DNA of 64,000 nt from Planctomycetota bacterium. GTDB lineage: Bacteria; Planctomycetota; Phycisphaerae; Sedimentisphaerales; Anaerobacaceae. This document shows, one piece after another, positions 27,018 through 35,484 of the stretch. Under the pieces are notes generated by a model. The model saw only the letters and a program-made list of their open reading frames with translations. It was not told where the DNA came from and searched no databases. The stretch is taken from NCBI GenBank assembly GCA_023135865.1, contig JAGLSG010000064.1:8311-72310 (forward strand), written 5' to 3'. The position numbers and the translations under genes were made by a program. Every line of letters begins with the position of its first letter. The first letter of the stretch is position 1.

Positions 27018-28934
27018 ATGCCAAAAGTAACACTGCCAAACGGCAGTATCTTAGAAGTAGAAAACGGCGAAACTGCAAAACAGGCAGCTGAAAAAATAGG
27101 GCCGGCTCTCGCAAAGGCAGCACTGGCTGCAAAAATCAACGGCGAAATAAAAGACCTCTCAACTCCTATCAATAACAATATCAAAATAGAAATCATCACG
27201 CCAAAAAGCAGTGAAGCCCTCGAAATTATGCGGCATAGCTGTGCTCACATAATGGCTGAGGCAATATGCAAAATTTTTCCAGCGGCAAAACTCGTCTATG
27301 GGCCGACAGTTGAAAACGGATTCTATTACGATGTAGACCTCGATGAGCCGATTCGGCCAGATGATTTTGAGCGTATAGAAAACCAAATGCAAAAAATCGT
27401 CAAAGCAGATACCCCTTTCGTGCGAACGGAAATGTCAAAAGACGAAGCATTAAAAAAACTGGCCAGCGATAAATACAAACTCGATAATGTCAAAAACGCT
27501 GACAGTGATACGCTCAGTTTTTATTCACATTCGGACAGCTTTGAAGATTTGTGCAGAGGCCCGCACGTGCCGAGTACCGGCAAAATCGGCAGCTTCAAAA
27601 TTATGTCGGTGGCTGGTGCGTACTGGCACGGCGATGCAACTCAAAAAATGCTGCAAAGAGTTTACGGAACTTGCTGGCAAACAAAAAAAGAACTGGGCGC
27701 TTATCTTGAACGGCTCGAGGAAGCAAAAAAACGAGACCATCGGCTGCTTGGAAAACAATTGGATTTGTTCAGCTTCAATCAGGCCGGCCCCGGTTTTGCA
27801 TTCATTCACGCAAAGGGAATGGTTATCTGGAATGAGATAATCGATTTCTGGAGAAGCATACACGACAAATATGGTTATCAGGAAATCCGCACACCGATTA
27901 TTCTAAATGAAGAATTGTGGCACAAAAGCGGGCATTGGGATAACTACAAAGAAAATATGTATTTCACAAACGTGGATGGAAACAACTACGCAATTAAACC
28001 GATGAATTGCCCCGGCGGATGCCTGGTCTATAAAGCACGTCAACATTCGTACCGTGAATTCCCGATGAAAGTAGCTGAGCTTGGCCTGGTTCATCGCCAC
28101 GAAGCAAGCGGCGTTATGCACGGACTGTTCAGGGTGCGACAATTTACGCAGGACGATGCTCATATTTTCTGCACGCCGGAGCAAATCGAAGCTGAAATAA
28201 TCGGCGTAATCGAACTCACATTTGAAATTTACAGAGCGTTCGGATTTGAAGATTTCCATATCGAGCTTTCAACAAAACCCGAAAAGCATATCGGTTCCGA
28301 TGAAATGTGGGACACGGCAACAAACGCTTTGAAAAATGCACTAAAGCAAAAAAATATCGACTATAAAATCAACGAAGGTGATGGTGCTTTCTATGGGCCA
28401 AAAATAGATTTCCATATAAAGGATTGTCTCGGCAGGTCGTGGCAGCTCGGAACTATCCAATTGGATTTCTCAATGCCGCAGCGGTTTGGCCTTGTTTATA
28501 CGGACAAAGATAATATCGAGAAAACGCCGGTGATGATTCATCGAGCGGTACTCGGCTCATTCGAAAGATTCATAGGAATCCTGATTGAGCATTATGCTGG
28601 CAATATGCCGCTATGGCTTGCACCGCAGCAGGTAAGAATTCTCACAATCAGTGAAAAAACAAATGACTATGCAAAAACTGTTTACCAAAAACTAAAAGAT
28701 GCAAAACTGCGATGCGGCGTGGATTTGTCGAATGAAAAAATAAATGCAAAAATAGCAAAAACACACGGCGAAAAACTGCCATATATGCTAATAGTAGGCC
28801 AAAAAGAAGCTGAATCAAATACCGTAAATGTAAGAATTGCGGGATGCAGGGAAACTAAAACGATGAGCGTTGATGAATTTTTGAGAAGTGCAGAGAATAA
28901 AATAGCCGATAAGGAAATGGATTTACAAATATAA
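27018..28934 (+). CDS. thrS: Threonine--tRNA ligase
   Basis: MPKVTLPNGS... TGS domain, the HSCAHIM editing motif, and class II motifs (FRVRQFTQDDAHIF, GAFYGPKID). I prefer ATG 27018; the track ORF begins at TTG 26991. Confidence 0.96.
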   Translation: MPKVTLPNGSILEVENGETAKQAAEKIGPALAKAALAAKINGEIKDLSTPINNNIKIEIITPKSSEALEIMRHSCAHIMAEAICKIFPAAKLVYGPTVENGFYYDVDLDEPIRPDDFERIENQMQKIVKADTPFVRTEMSKDEALKKLASDKYKLDNVKNADSDTLSFYSHSDSFEDLCRGPHVPSTGKIGSFKIMSVAGAYWHGDATQKMLQRVYGTCWQTKKELGAYLERLEEAKKRDHRLLGKQLDLFSFNQAGPGFAFIHAKGMVIWNEIIDFWRSIHDKYGYQEIRTPIILNEELWHKSGHWDNYKENMYFTNVDGNNYAIKPMNCPGGCLVYKARQHSYREFPMKVAELGLVHRHEASGVMHGLFRVRQFTQDDAHIFCTPEQIEAEIIGVIELTFEIYRAFGFEDFHIELSTKPEKHIGSDEMWDTATNALKNALKQKNIDYKINEGDGAFYGPKIDFHIKDCLGRSWQLGTIQLDFSMPQRFGLVYTDKDNIEKTPVMIHRAVLGSFERFIGILIEHYAGNMPLWLAPQQVRILTISEKTNDYAKTVYQKLKDAKLRCGVDLSNEKINAKIAKTHGEKLPYMLIVGQKEAESNTVNVRIAGCRETKTMSVDEFLRSAENKIADKEMDLQI

Positions 28935-28995
28935 AGTAATAAATTATTGATAATCAATTAGAAAGGTCTGGTGATATACAATCGGTAAACAGGCA

Positions 28996-29499
28996 TTGAA
29001 AATAAACGGTGGAATCAGAGCGGAAAACGTTCGCTTAATCGATGAAGAAAATAATAAAATCGGAATTGTGACACGGCAAGAAGCGATTAGCAAGGCACGC
29101 CAGGCCGGACTCGACCTCGTTGAAGTTGCACCTACGTCCGACCCGCCAGTTTGCAAAATTATGGATTACGGCAAATGGCAGTACGAGCAGAAACGCAAAA
29201 TGCGTCAGAGCCATAAGAAAAGTCAGCAGCACGTAAACACGCTAAAGGAAGTTCGGCTGCGACCAGAAACAGATACGCACGATATGGAAATCAAGCTCAA
29301 ACATGCACGTGAATTTCTGGGAAAAGGACACAGGGTACAATTTACAATGTTGTTCCGCGGACGGCAAATGCTGCACAGAGATAGAGGGCACGAAGTATTC
29401 GCTCAAATAATTGAATCGCTTGAAGATATGGCAAAAGTTGAGCAGCGAGGCAGGATGGCCAATAGACGAATGACAATGCTGCTTTCACCAATAAAATAA
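28996..29499 (+). CDS. infC: Translation initiation factor IF-3 (non-ATG start)
   Basis: KINGGIRAENVRLIDEENNKIGIV...PPVCKIMDYGKWQYE...LFRGRQM. There is no in-frame ATG; the start is TTG 28996 (or ATC 28981). Confidence 0.92.
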   Translation: MKINGGIRAENVRLIDEENNKIGIVTRQEAISKARQAGLDLVEVAPTSDPPVCKIMDYGKWQYEQKRKMRQSHKKSQQHVNTLKEVRLRPETDTHDMEIKLKHAREFLGKGHRVQFTMLFRGRQMLHRDRGHEVFAQIIESLEDMAKVEQRGRMANRRMTMLLSPIK

Positions 29500-29684
29500 T
29501 CGGCATTGTACTTCGGCCAGTAAAATTTTAGTAAAAAACAGTATTTATATAGGATACCGCTGTTAATTTGCCAGTTTTTCGGATATTTTTGTACTGCGCT
29601 ATTGACCAGCTGTAATAAATACTATAAGCTGGCTTTCTTTGTAATTTCAGGTTATTATCCGTACTCGTTAGAGGGATCAGTCAA

Positions 29685-29879
29685 ATGCCAAAACAGAAAA
29701 CCCATAAGGGGTTAGCAAAAAGAGTAAAAGTTACCGCTTCGGGTAAAGTTAAAAGTAAAGGTGCGGGCAGTGGACACTTGATGAGCAGCAAAAACGCAAA
29801 ACGCAGAAGGCGAATCTCTACTCCATCAATAATGAATAGTGCGTCCGCTAAAACAGCGAAAATAAAACTCGGTAAATAA
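29685..29879 (+). CDS. rpmI: 50S ribosomal protein L35
   Basis: MPKQKTHKGLAKRVKVTASGKVK. Confidence 0.95.
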   Translation: MPKQKTHKGLAKRVKVTASGKVKSKGAGSGHLMSSKNAKRRRRISTPSIMNSASAKTAKIKLGK

Positions 29880-29897
29880 AAAAACAAAATCAATCGT

Positions 29898-29984
29898 CGC
29901 TAATAATTAATTAGCGCAGCTTGCTTCTCGGCTTATGACCATTACCATAAAATAATGGTTCTATCAGCTGCCGTTAGCAAGCTG
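29898..29984 (+). promoter_or_regulatory. Structured rpmI-rplT spacer (possible L20-responsive or processing element)
   Basis: Hairpin CGCTAAT-aatta-ATTAGCG (29898-29916). A 9-bp stem CAGCTTGCT/AGCAAGCTG (29917-29925 / 29976-29984) encloses the inner hairpin ACCATTA-N8-TAATGGT (29938-29959). It ends 33 nt before the rplT ATG. Confidence 0.3.
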
Positions 29985-30016
29985 TAAATATAACAAACTC
30001 TTAAAGGAAAGCTGAT

Positions 30017-30370
30017 ATGCCAAGAGTAAGAAAAGGTGCCGCAAGGCATCAAGCCAAAAAAAGAATTCTAAAAGCTGTCAAGGGACATCGCGGTGCGGCA
30101 GGCCGACTTTACCGACTCGCAAAAGAAGCTGTGGTTCGAGCCGGAGTCAATGCCCGAATCGGCCGTAAACTCAAAAAACGTGATTTCCGCAAACTCTGGA
30201 TAATCCGCATCAATGCCGCTTGCAGGCAAAGAGGTTTAAGATACAGCGAGTTTGTCAATGGCTGCAAAAAAGCCAACATCCAGCTCAACAGAAAAATGCT
30301 GAGCGAAATTGCAATTGCCGATCCAGCTGGTTTCGATTCGATTGTCGAGATTGTCAAAAAAGCGATATAA
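30017..30370 (+). CDS. rplT: 50S ribosomal protein L20
   Basis: MPRVRKGAARHQAKKRILKAVKGHRG. Confidence 0.97.
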   Translation: MPRVRKGAARHQAKKRILKAVKGHRGAAGRLYRLAKEAVVRAGVNARIGRKLKKRDFRKLWIIRINAACRQRGLRYSEFVNGCKKANIQLNRKMLSEIAIADPAGFDSIVEIVKKAI

Positions 30371-30372
30371 AA

Positions 30373-31362
30373 ATGCTTGAGCAGTTCGAGAAAATTGGTA
30401 AAGAAGCTCTCGCTGCCTTAAAGAACATCGAAGATTCGGCGGCGATGGAGGAATTTCGTATAAAATATCTGGCTCGAAAAGGCCAGGTTACGGAAATGCT
30501 CGGCCAAATAGGTAAATTCTCCGCAGAAGAAAAACCAAAAGCAGGCCAGCTTGCAAACAAAATAAAAAAAGAGGTAACCGCAGCATTTGAGCAATTAAAA
30601 GCAACCTTAGGCAAAAAACAAAACAAAACTGCCGATTCAATAGATGTTACTATTCCAGGCATAATTCCAAATGTCGGCAAAAGCCACATCATAACGCAAA
30701 CCACGAATGAACTGCTGGAAATATTCGGCAGAATGGGTTTTGATTTTGCATACGGCCCGGAGGTCGAGGACGAATGGCATAATTTTGTCGCACTAAACAT
30801 CAACGAAGAACATCCGGCACGAGACCCGCTCGATAATTTTTATATCGACGACAAAACACTACTACGAAGCCAGACCTCGACAATTCAAATTCGAGTTATG
30901 GAAAATAATAAACCACCAATCAGAGTTGTTGCTCCGGGAAGGGTTTATCGGCCAGACACCGTTGATGCAACACATATGTATATGTTCCACCAATTGGAAG
31001 CACTCGTTGTTGACGAAAATATCAGTATGGTGGATATGAAAACAGCTATCAATCAATTCATTCACGCATTTTTCGGAGCCGATACGAAATGGCGATTTCG
31101 GCCGAGTTTCTTTCCATTCACCGAGCCAAGCGCCGAGATTGATTTGCTCTGGGTTGACAAAAACGGCAAGGAAAGTTGGATTGAAATGGGCGGCTGCGGA
31201 ATGGTTGACCCAAATGTTTTCGATGCTGTTGGAATAGACAATGAAAAATATACCGGATGGGCTTTCGGATTCGGAATAGAACGACTCGCTATGAGAAAAT
31301 ACGGTATTACAGACATTCGCCTGCTGTTTGAAAATGACCTGCGATTCCTAAAACAAGCTTAA
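30373..31362 (+). CDS. pheS: Phenylalanine--tRNA ligase alpha subunit
   Basis: MLEQFEKIGKEAL... and class II motifs (HPARDPLDNFY, RVVAPGRVYR, FRPSFFPFTEPS, GFGIERLAM). ATG 30373 lies 2 nt after the rplT stop. The track's 30220 start overlaps rplT and is rejected. Confidence 0.95.
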   Translation: MLEQFEKIGKEALAALKNIEDSAAMEEFRIKYLARKGQVTEMLGQIGKFSAEEKPKAGQLANKIKKEVTAAFEQLKATLGKKQNKTADSIDVTIPGIIPNVGKSHIITQTTNELLEIFGRMGFDFAYGPEVEDEWHNFVALNINEEHPARDPLDNFYIDDKTLLRSQTSTIQIRVMENNKPPIRVVAPGRVYRPDTVDATHMYMFHQLEALVVDENISMVDMKTAINQFIHAFFGADTKWRFRPSFFPFTEPSAEIDLLWVDKNGKESWIEMGGCGMVDPNVFDAVGIDNEKYTGWAFGFGIERLAMRKYGITDIRLLFENDLRFLKQA

Positions 31363-31392
31363 AACTTAAGGCAACCTCTAAAAATACATTCT

Positions 31393-31519
31393 GTCATTAC
31401 GAGCGAAGTCCTGAGTTCGTCGAAGGACGAAGCGAAGTAATCTCGCTTTTGAAACAATGACAGAGATTGCTTCCCTTCGGCTATGCTCAGGGCAGGCTTG
31501 TTTCACTCCTCGCAATGAC
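31393..31519. repeat. GTCATT...AATGAC nested-palindrome element (family E), copy 3
   Basis: Outer inverted repeat GTCATTACGAG...CTCGCAATGAC. Inner inverted repeat CGAAGCGAAGTAATCTC / GAGATTGCTTCCCTTCG. It also contains TATGCTCAGGGCAGG, related to the ACGCTCAGGACAGG module at 22577 and 23107. Confidence 0.7.
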
Positions 31520-31545
31520 ATTTTTAGGGATGCCTTTCTAAAAAT

Positions 31546-32355
31546 TTATTTCATTCTCGCAAACGTTTTTGAAACTATCTTTGCAGCTAATTTATTTCGC
31601 CCTGATTTCAATTTTGGATTTTCTTTCAGGTAAGATTTGAAAAACCTCATTCTGTCAGCACTATTTATCGCCGCTGCACGAAACATATTTATCTGAACCA
31701 GATTTTTCAGGCGAAGCCGTAAAGGCAAATGCCATAATTTTTTTGTTCTCTCATTATCCAAAAAGAAAAACTGCCAGTTGCCACCCTCTTTTTTCACAAG
31801 CACATTTCCCAATCGCAAATCGCCGTGACAAATACCAGCTGCGTGCATTCGGCCAACGGTTCGGCCAAATTCACAAATTAAACAACGCCTGTCTTTTAAC
31901 TGTTCTTTGCCCAGAGCAGCAAGCGATTCGGAAATAAATTTACGAATCGATTCGGTGCCATTTATTTCAAGAGTTATTAAAAATTTATCCGCTCGCCTGG
32001 AATGATTTTTGCCAATTGCAACAATTGTCGGAGTTCGAAAACCATTTTTTTCCAGCATTATCGCTGCCGTAAAAGCACGCTGAGCGCGGCTGGAACGAAA
32101 AAAATGCTTAATAAAATCAAAAAATGACCTGTATAAATACTGCTTGAAATAAACGGTTTCTTCAGCATCATTAAATTTGACTGTTAGCTTGAGTACGCTC
32201 GCAAATTTTGAAGATGGCACAGTAACAGCTTTATAGTTTTGCTTCAGATTTTCTTCGCCGGATAATAAAATTTCCTCAAATTCTTCATTGCGAAAATTTC
32301 GATTAACGCACAACGCCCGACCACCCATTCGTATTTTATCAAATCCGTCAATCAA
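31546..32355 (-). CDS. Lipopolysaccharide kinase (Kdo/WaaP family)
   Basis: 269 aa. ICHGDLRLGNVLV catalytic loop, FFFLDNERT, and position next to lpxI/lpxD. Confidence 0.72.
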   Translation of the reverse strand: MIDGFDKIRMGGRALCVNRNFRNEEFEEILLSGEENLKQNYKAVTVPSSKFASVLKLTVKFNDAEETVYFKQYLYRSFFDFIKHFFRSSRAQRAFTAAIMLEKNGFRTPTIVAIGKNHSRRADKFLITLEINGTESIRKFISESLAALGKEQLKDRRCLICEFGRTVGRMHAAGICHGDLRLGNVLVKKEGGNWQFFFLDNERTKKLWHLPLRLRLKNLVQINMFRAAAINSADRMRFFKSYLKENPKLKSGRNKLAAKIVSKTFARMK

Positions 32356-32357
32356 AA

Positions 32358-33227
32358 CTATCGCCCTAAAATAGCTATGCCGAGTTTATCAGCCAGTTCT
32401 ATTGTGTCCGGTTTATCGATAATTATGGTTTTATCCGCTTCCACGACAAGGCATCTTGCCTGATTTTCAGATAAACTTTTTATCGTATCCGGCCCAACAC
32501 AGGGAACATCAAATCTCATATCCTGCTGCGGTTTGGCAGTTTTGAGAAGCGTCCAGCCGCCAGCTTTGCAAAGCTGGCCGGCTCGCTCAATCATTTTCGC
32601 TGTACCTTCCAACGCCTCAACAGCAATCACCTCTTTTTCCTTAACAGCGATTGCCTGGCCAATATCAATTTCGCCGAGTTTTTTGACTATGCTCCAGCCA
32701 AATTCAATATCATCTTCAACTGATTTTTCCGGCTGAGTTTTTGTCATAACACCGGCTGTTGCCAAATGCTCCTTACAATACATAGTGGAATTCTCCAATA
32801 TTATTCCGCCGCTGGCAAGCTCATCTGCCAGTGCGCCAAGAAGTGTATCATTTTGTTTATTTTTACTGCGCAATCGCCAATAGTAAATCCTAATTGAACG
32901 CCAATCCGGCAGATATTTCAGGATGCGCCAAGGCGTGAAAAGTCGTGATTTGGCAACACGCCCTACCATAATAGTTTCTGTTACGCCGTGCTTTTTTAAT
33001 TTGCGTATCCAGCTACCCGGCCGAGCAATCGCAACATCATAAAAAACATCAACCTTATCAGCGAGCTGCGGCTCGGCGTTATCAGCCAGGCCGACACAAA
33101 TAACTTTTAATCCGGCAGCTTTTGCTCCGGCGGCTACAAGAAACGGCAATCTGCCCTGGCCTGCGATAAGGCCAATGGTTTTTGCGCCGCCACATTTGCA
33201 CTCGAATGAAAATAATTTAGAAATCAT
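32358..33227 (-). CDS. lpxI: UDP-2,3-diacylglucosamine diphosphatase LpxI (DUF1009)
   Basis: IGLIAGQGRLPFLVAAGAKAAGLKV..., GQAIAVKEKEVIAVEALEGTAKMIERAG, DMRFDVPCVGPDTI. Confidence 0.85.
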   Translation of the reverse strand: MISKLFSFECKCGGAKTIGLIAGQGRLPFLVAAGAKAAGLKVICVGLADNAEPQLADKVDVFYDVAIARPGSWIRKLKKHGVTETIMVGRVAKSRLFTPWRILKYLPDWRSIRIYYWRLRSKNKQNDTLLGALADELASGGIILENSTMYCKEHLATAGVMTKTQPEKSVEDDIEFGWSIVKKLGEIDIGQAIAVKEKEVIAVEALEGTAKMIERAGQLCKAGGWTLLKTAKPQQDMRFDVPCVGPDTIKSLSENQARCLVVEADKTIIIDKPDTIELADKLGIAILGR

Positions 33228-33235
33228 AACTGTCG

Positions 33236-34327
33236 CTATTTATTCGACTCTTGTGAATCTGGATTATTGGATGAAGTAATCTTGTCAATCTGCTTTTGAA
33301 GTTTGCGAACGCTTTGCCGTATATCCGGCAGATACTGTATCATACTATATGCCCTTCTCGCTTTACTGATTTCAATAGCAGGTGAACCAAATATGGCTTT
33401 TCCATCAGCAACATCATTAATCACTCCGGATTGAGCTGCAATCTGAACACCGTTTCCGATATTTATGTGGCCGACAATGCCCGCCTGACCACCAACTACA
33501 CAATAGTTTCCAAGTCTCGCTGAACCCGCCACTCCAACCTGAGCTACAAGCAAACAATGTTCGCCGATTTTTGTGCCGTGGCCGATTGCAATCAAATCTC
33601 CAAGTTTACTGCCTTTTCCGATTACCGTATCATCCAAAGTGCCTCGCTCAATCGCACAGCAAGTGCCGATTTCAACGTCATCTTCCAAAATCGCAATGCC
33701 AACCTGTGGTATTTTGTGATGACTGCCATTGGCAGTTGCAAAACCAAAACCATCCTCGCCAACTGTTGAATTTGCATTTATAATCACACGCTCGCCTATA
33801 ATCGAGCCATCGTAAATAGTAACACTCGGATAGATTATGCAGTCGTTGCCAATCGTTACGCCTTCGGCAATATAAACACCAGGATAAATTGTACAGCCGC
33901 TTCCGATTTTTACATTATCCGCAATTACAACAAAATCGTGAATATCACAATTTTCGCCGAGCTTGGCGGTCGCTGAAATCGAAGCTTTTTCACTTACTCC
34001 AATATTTTTATGTTTACGATGGCCAAATAACAAAACCATAATCTGCGTAAAAGCATAATACGGATTTTCGGCAATCAATAAAGCGGTTTTAATTTCACCA
34101 TTCTCAGCAGCTGTACGAAATTTTTCGCTAACAATTACGGCGCCAGCTTTTGTGGTTCGCAGTTGTTTTTCATATTTATCGTTGGCAAGAAAAGTAATAT
34201 CACCTTCACCAGCTCTATCAAGAGTTGAAGCTGAACTGATTTTAATATTGCCATCGCCGAAAACAGTTGCGTTTACGTGTTCGGCTAATTCTTTTAAGGT
34301 TTTTATCTGCATAAAAAATTTCCTCAA
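33236..34327 (-). CDS. lpxD: UDP-3-O-acylglucosamine N-acyltransferase
   Basis: LKELAEHVNATVFGDG...ITFLANDKYEKQL plus a long hexapeptide-repeat LbH region. Confidence 0.93.
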   Translation of the reverse strand: MRKFFMQIKTLKELAEHVNATVFGDGNIKISSASTLDRAGEGDITFLANDKYEKQLRTTKAGAVIVSEKFRTAAENGEIKTALLIAENPYYAFTQIMVLLFGHRKHKNIGVSEKASISATAKLGENCDIHDFVVIADNVKIGSGCTIYPGVYIAEGVTIGNDCIIYPSVTIYDGSIIGERVIINANSTVGEDGFGFATANGSHHKIPQVGIAILEDDVEIGTCCAIERGTLDDTVIGKGSKLGDLIAIGHGTKIGEHCLLVAQVGVAGSARLGNYCVVGGQAGIVGHINIGNGVQIAAQSGVINDVADGKAIFGSPAIEISKARRAYSMIQYLPDIRQSVRKLQKQIDKITSSNNPDSQESNK

Positions 34328-34408
34328 AAAGGAAAATCAAAACTACAACACAAAATATAATTCCAGATTAGTATCAAGCTGGTCATTATATCATTAAAGC
34401 TGGTACGG

Positions 34409-35473
34409 TCAACCATTTACACTTTCAGCGGTTTCAATCCAGGCACTTGCAGCTACACGGCTTTCGCCGCCAAATTGAATATAAAAAACCGCCAATTGAC
34501 CGGGCGTAATAGCAAACACATCTTCGTCAAATTCAACATTAACAATATCGCCCTTTGGAGTAACCGTGGCCATAGCCCCTTTGCTGTTGTAACGGATTTT
34601 CACTTTAGCTCTAAAAGGTGCAGCATAAGCATCCATCAGCCAATTTGGTTTAACAGCTGTCAGTTTTTTGTGCATCAGTTCCTGTTTTGGGCCGAGCGTA
34701 ACAATATTATTTTCGGCATCTATTTTTGTTACATAATGCGGCTGGCCAAGAGCAATGCCAAGTCCTCTCCGCTGGCCGATGGTAAATTTGTGTATGCCGT
34801 TGTGCTCACCCAAAATTTTTCCGCTACTATCGATAATTTTTCCAGTGCGGACAAGCTCCGGACGCATTTCTTCCAAAACCGAAACATAATCATCGTTCGG
34901 AATAAAACATATATCCTGAGATTCAGCTTTTTTTTCAATGTCCAAACAAAGCGAAGATACTTTTTTTCTCGCCTGGCTTTTGGAATAATCACCAAGCGGA
35001 AAAATTACATTAGCCAATATGATTTTATCAATCATCGCCAGAGCATAGGACTGGTCTTTTGTAATGTGAGCAGCTTCATACAATCCGAACTCGTTTTGGG
35101 TTTTTATAATGCGAGCGTAATGGCCGGTTGCCAAAAAATCAGCACCATTTATCTTTGCAAAATCCCACAACTTTCCGAATTTAATCAGCCGATTACAAAA
35201 AACACAAGGATTGGGAGTGCGGCCACTACGGTATTGAACGCAAAAATAATCGAGAATCGACTTAAAATCATTTCGCAAATCCAACACATAAAATTTTATG
35301 CCAAGTTTCTCAGCAACCGCTTGAGCATCCCCCTGAGACTGATGGGAATTTTCAGACGTAACCATAAAAACAGCTGAACAATCAAAGCTGGCCTCGATAA
35401 GCAGTATAGCTGCAGCTGCACTATCGACCCCGCCGCTTAGCGCAACAAAAACTTTTTTCGCCTTACCGGTCAT
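34409..35473 (-). CDS. mnmA: tRNA 2-thiouridine(34) synthase
   Basis: VALSGGVDSAAAA PP-loop, NPCVFCN, ATGHYAR. Confidence 0.95.
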   Translation of the reverse strand: MTGKAKKVFVALSGGVDSAAAAILLIEASFDCSAVFMVTSENSHQSQGDAQAVAEKLGIKFYVLDLRNDFKSILDYFCVQYRSGRTPNPCVFCNRLIKFGKLWDFAKINGADFLATGHYARIIKTQNEFGLYEAAHITKDQSYALAMIDKIILANVIFPLGDYSKSQARKKVSSLCLDIEKKAESQDICFIPNDDYVSVLEEMRPELVRTGKIIDSSGKILGEHNGIHKFTIGQRRGLGIALGQPHYVTKIDAENNIVTLGPKQELMHKKLTAVKPNWLMDAYAAPFRAKVKIRYNSKGAMATVTPKGDIVNVEFDEDVFAITPGQLAVFYIQFGGESRVAASAWIETAESVNG

Positions 35474-35484
35474 TTATTATGCGC

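Noticed and set aside
29602-29628. Internal promoter TTGACC-N15-TATAAG in the infC-rpmI spacer
   Set aside because: The spacer length (15 nt) is suboptimal, and the same segment forms a CCAGCT/AGCTGG hairpin. I cannot tell a promoter from a structural element by eye.
30220-30372. Extended pheS start at 30220 given by the ORF track
   Set aside because: The extension overlaps rplT in another frame and translates to non-PheS sequence. A canonical PheS N-terminus (MLEQFEKIGKEAL) begins at ATG 30373, directly after the rplT stop.
34475-35377. 300-aa ORF on the plus strand
   Set aside because: It is entirely antisense to the well-supported mnmA gene. The translation is low-complexity (F/I/N/K-rich) with no motifs, which is typical of a shadow ORF in AT-rich DNA.
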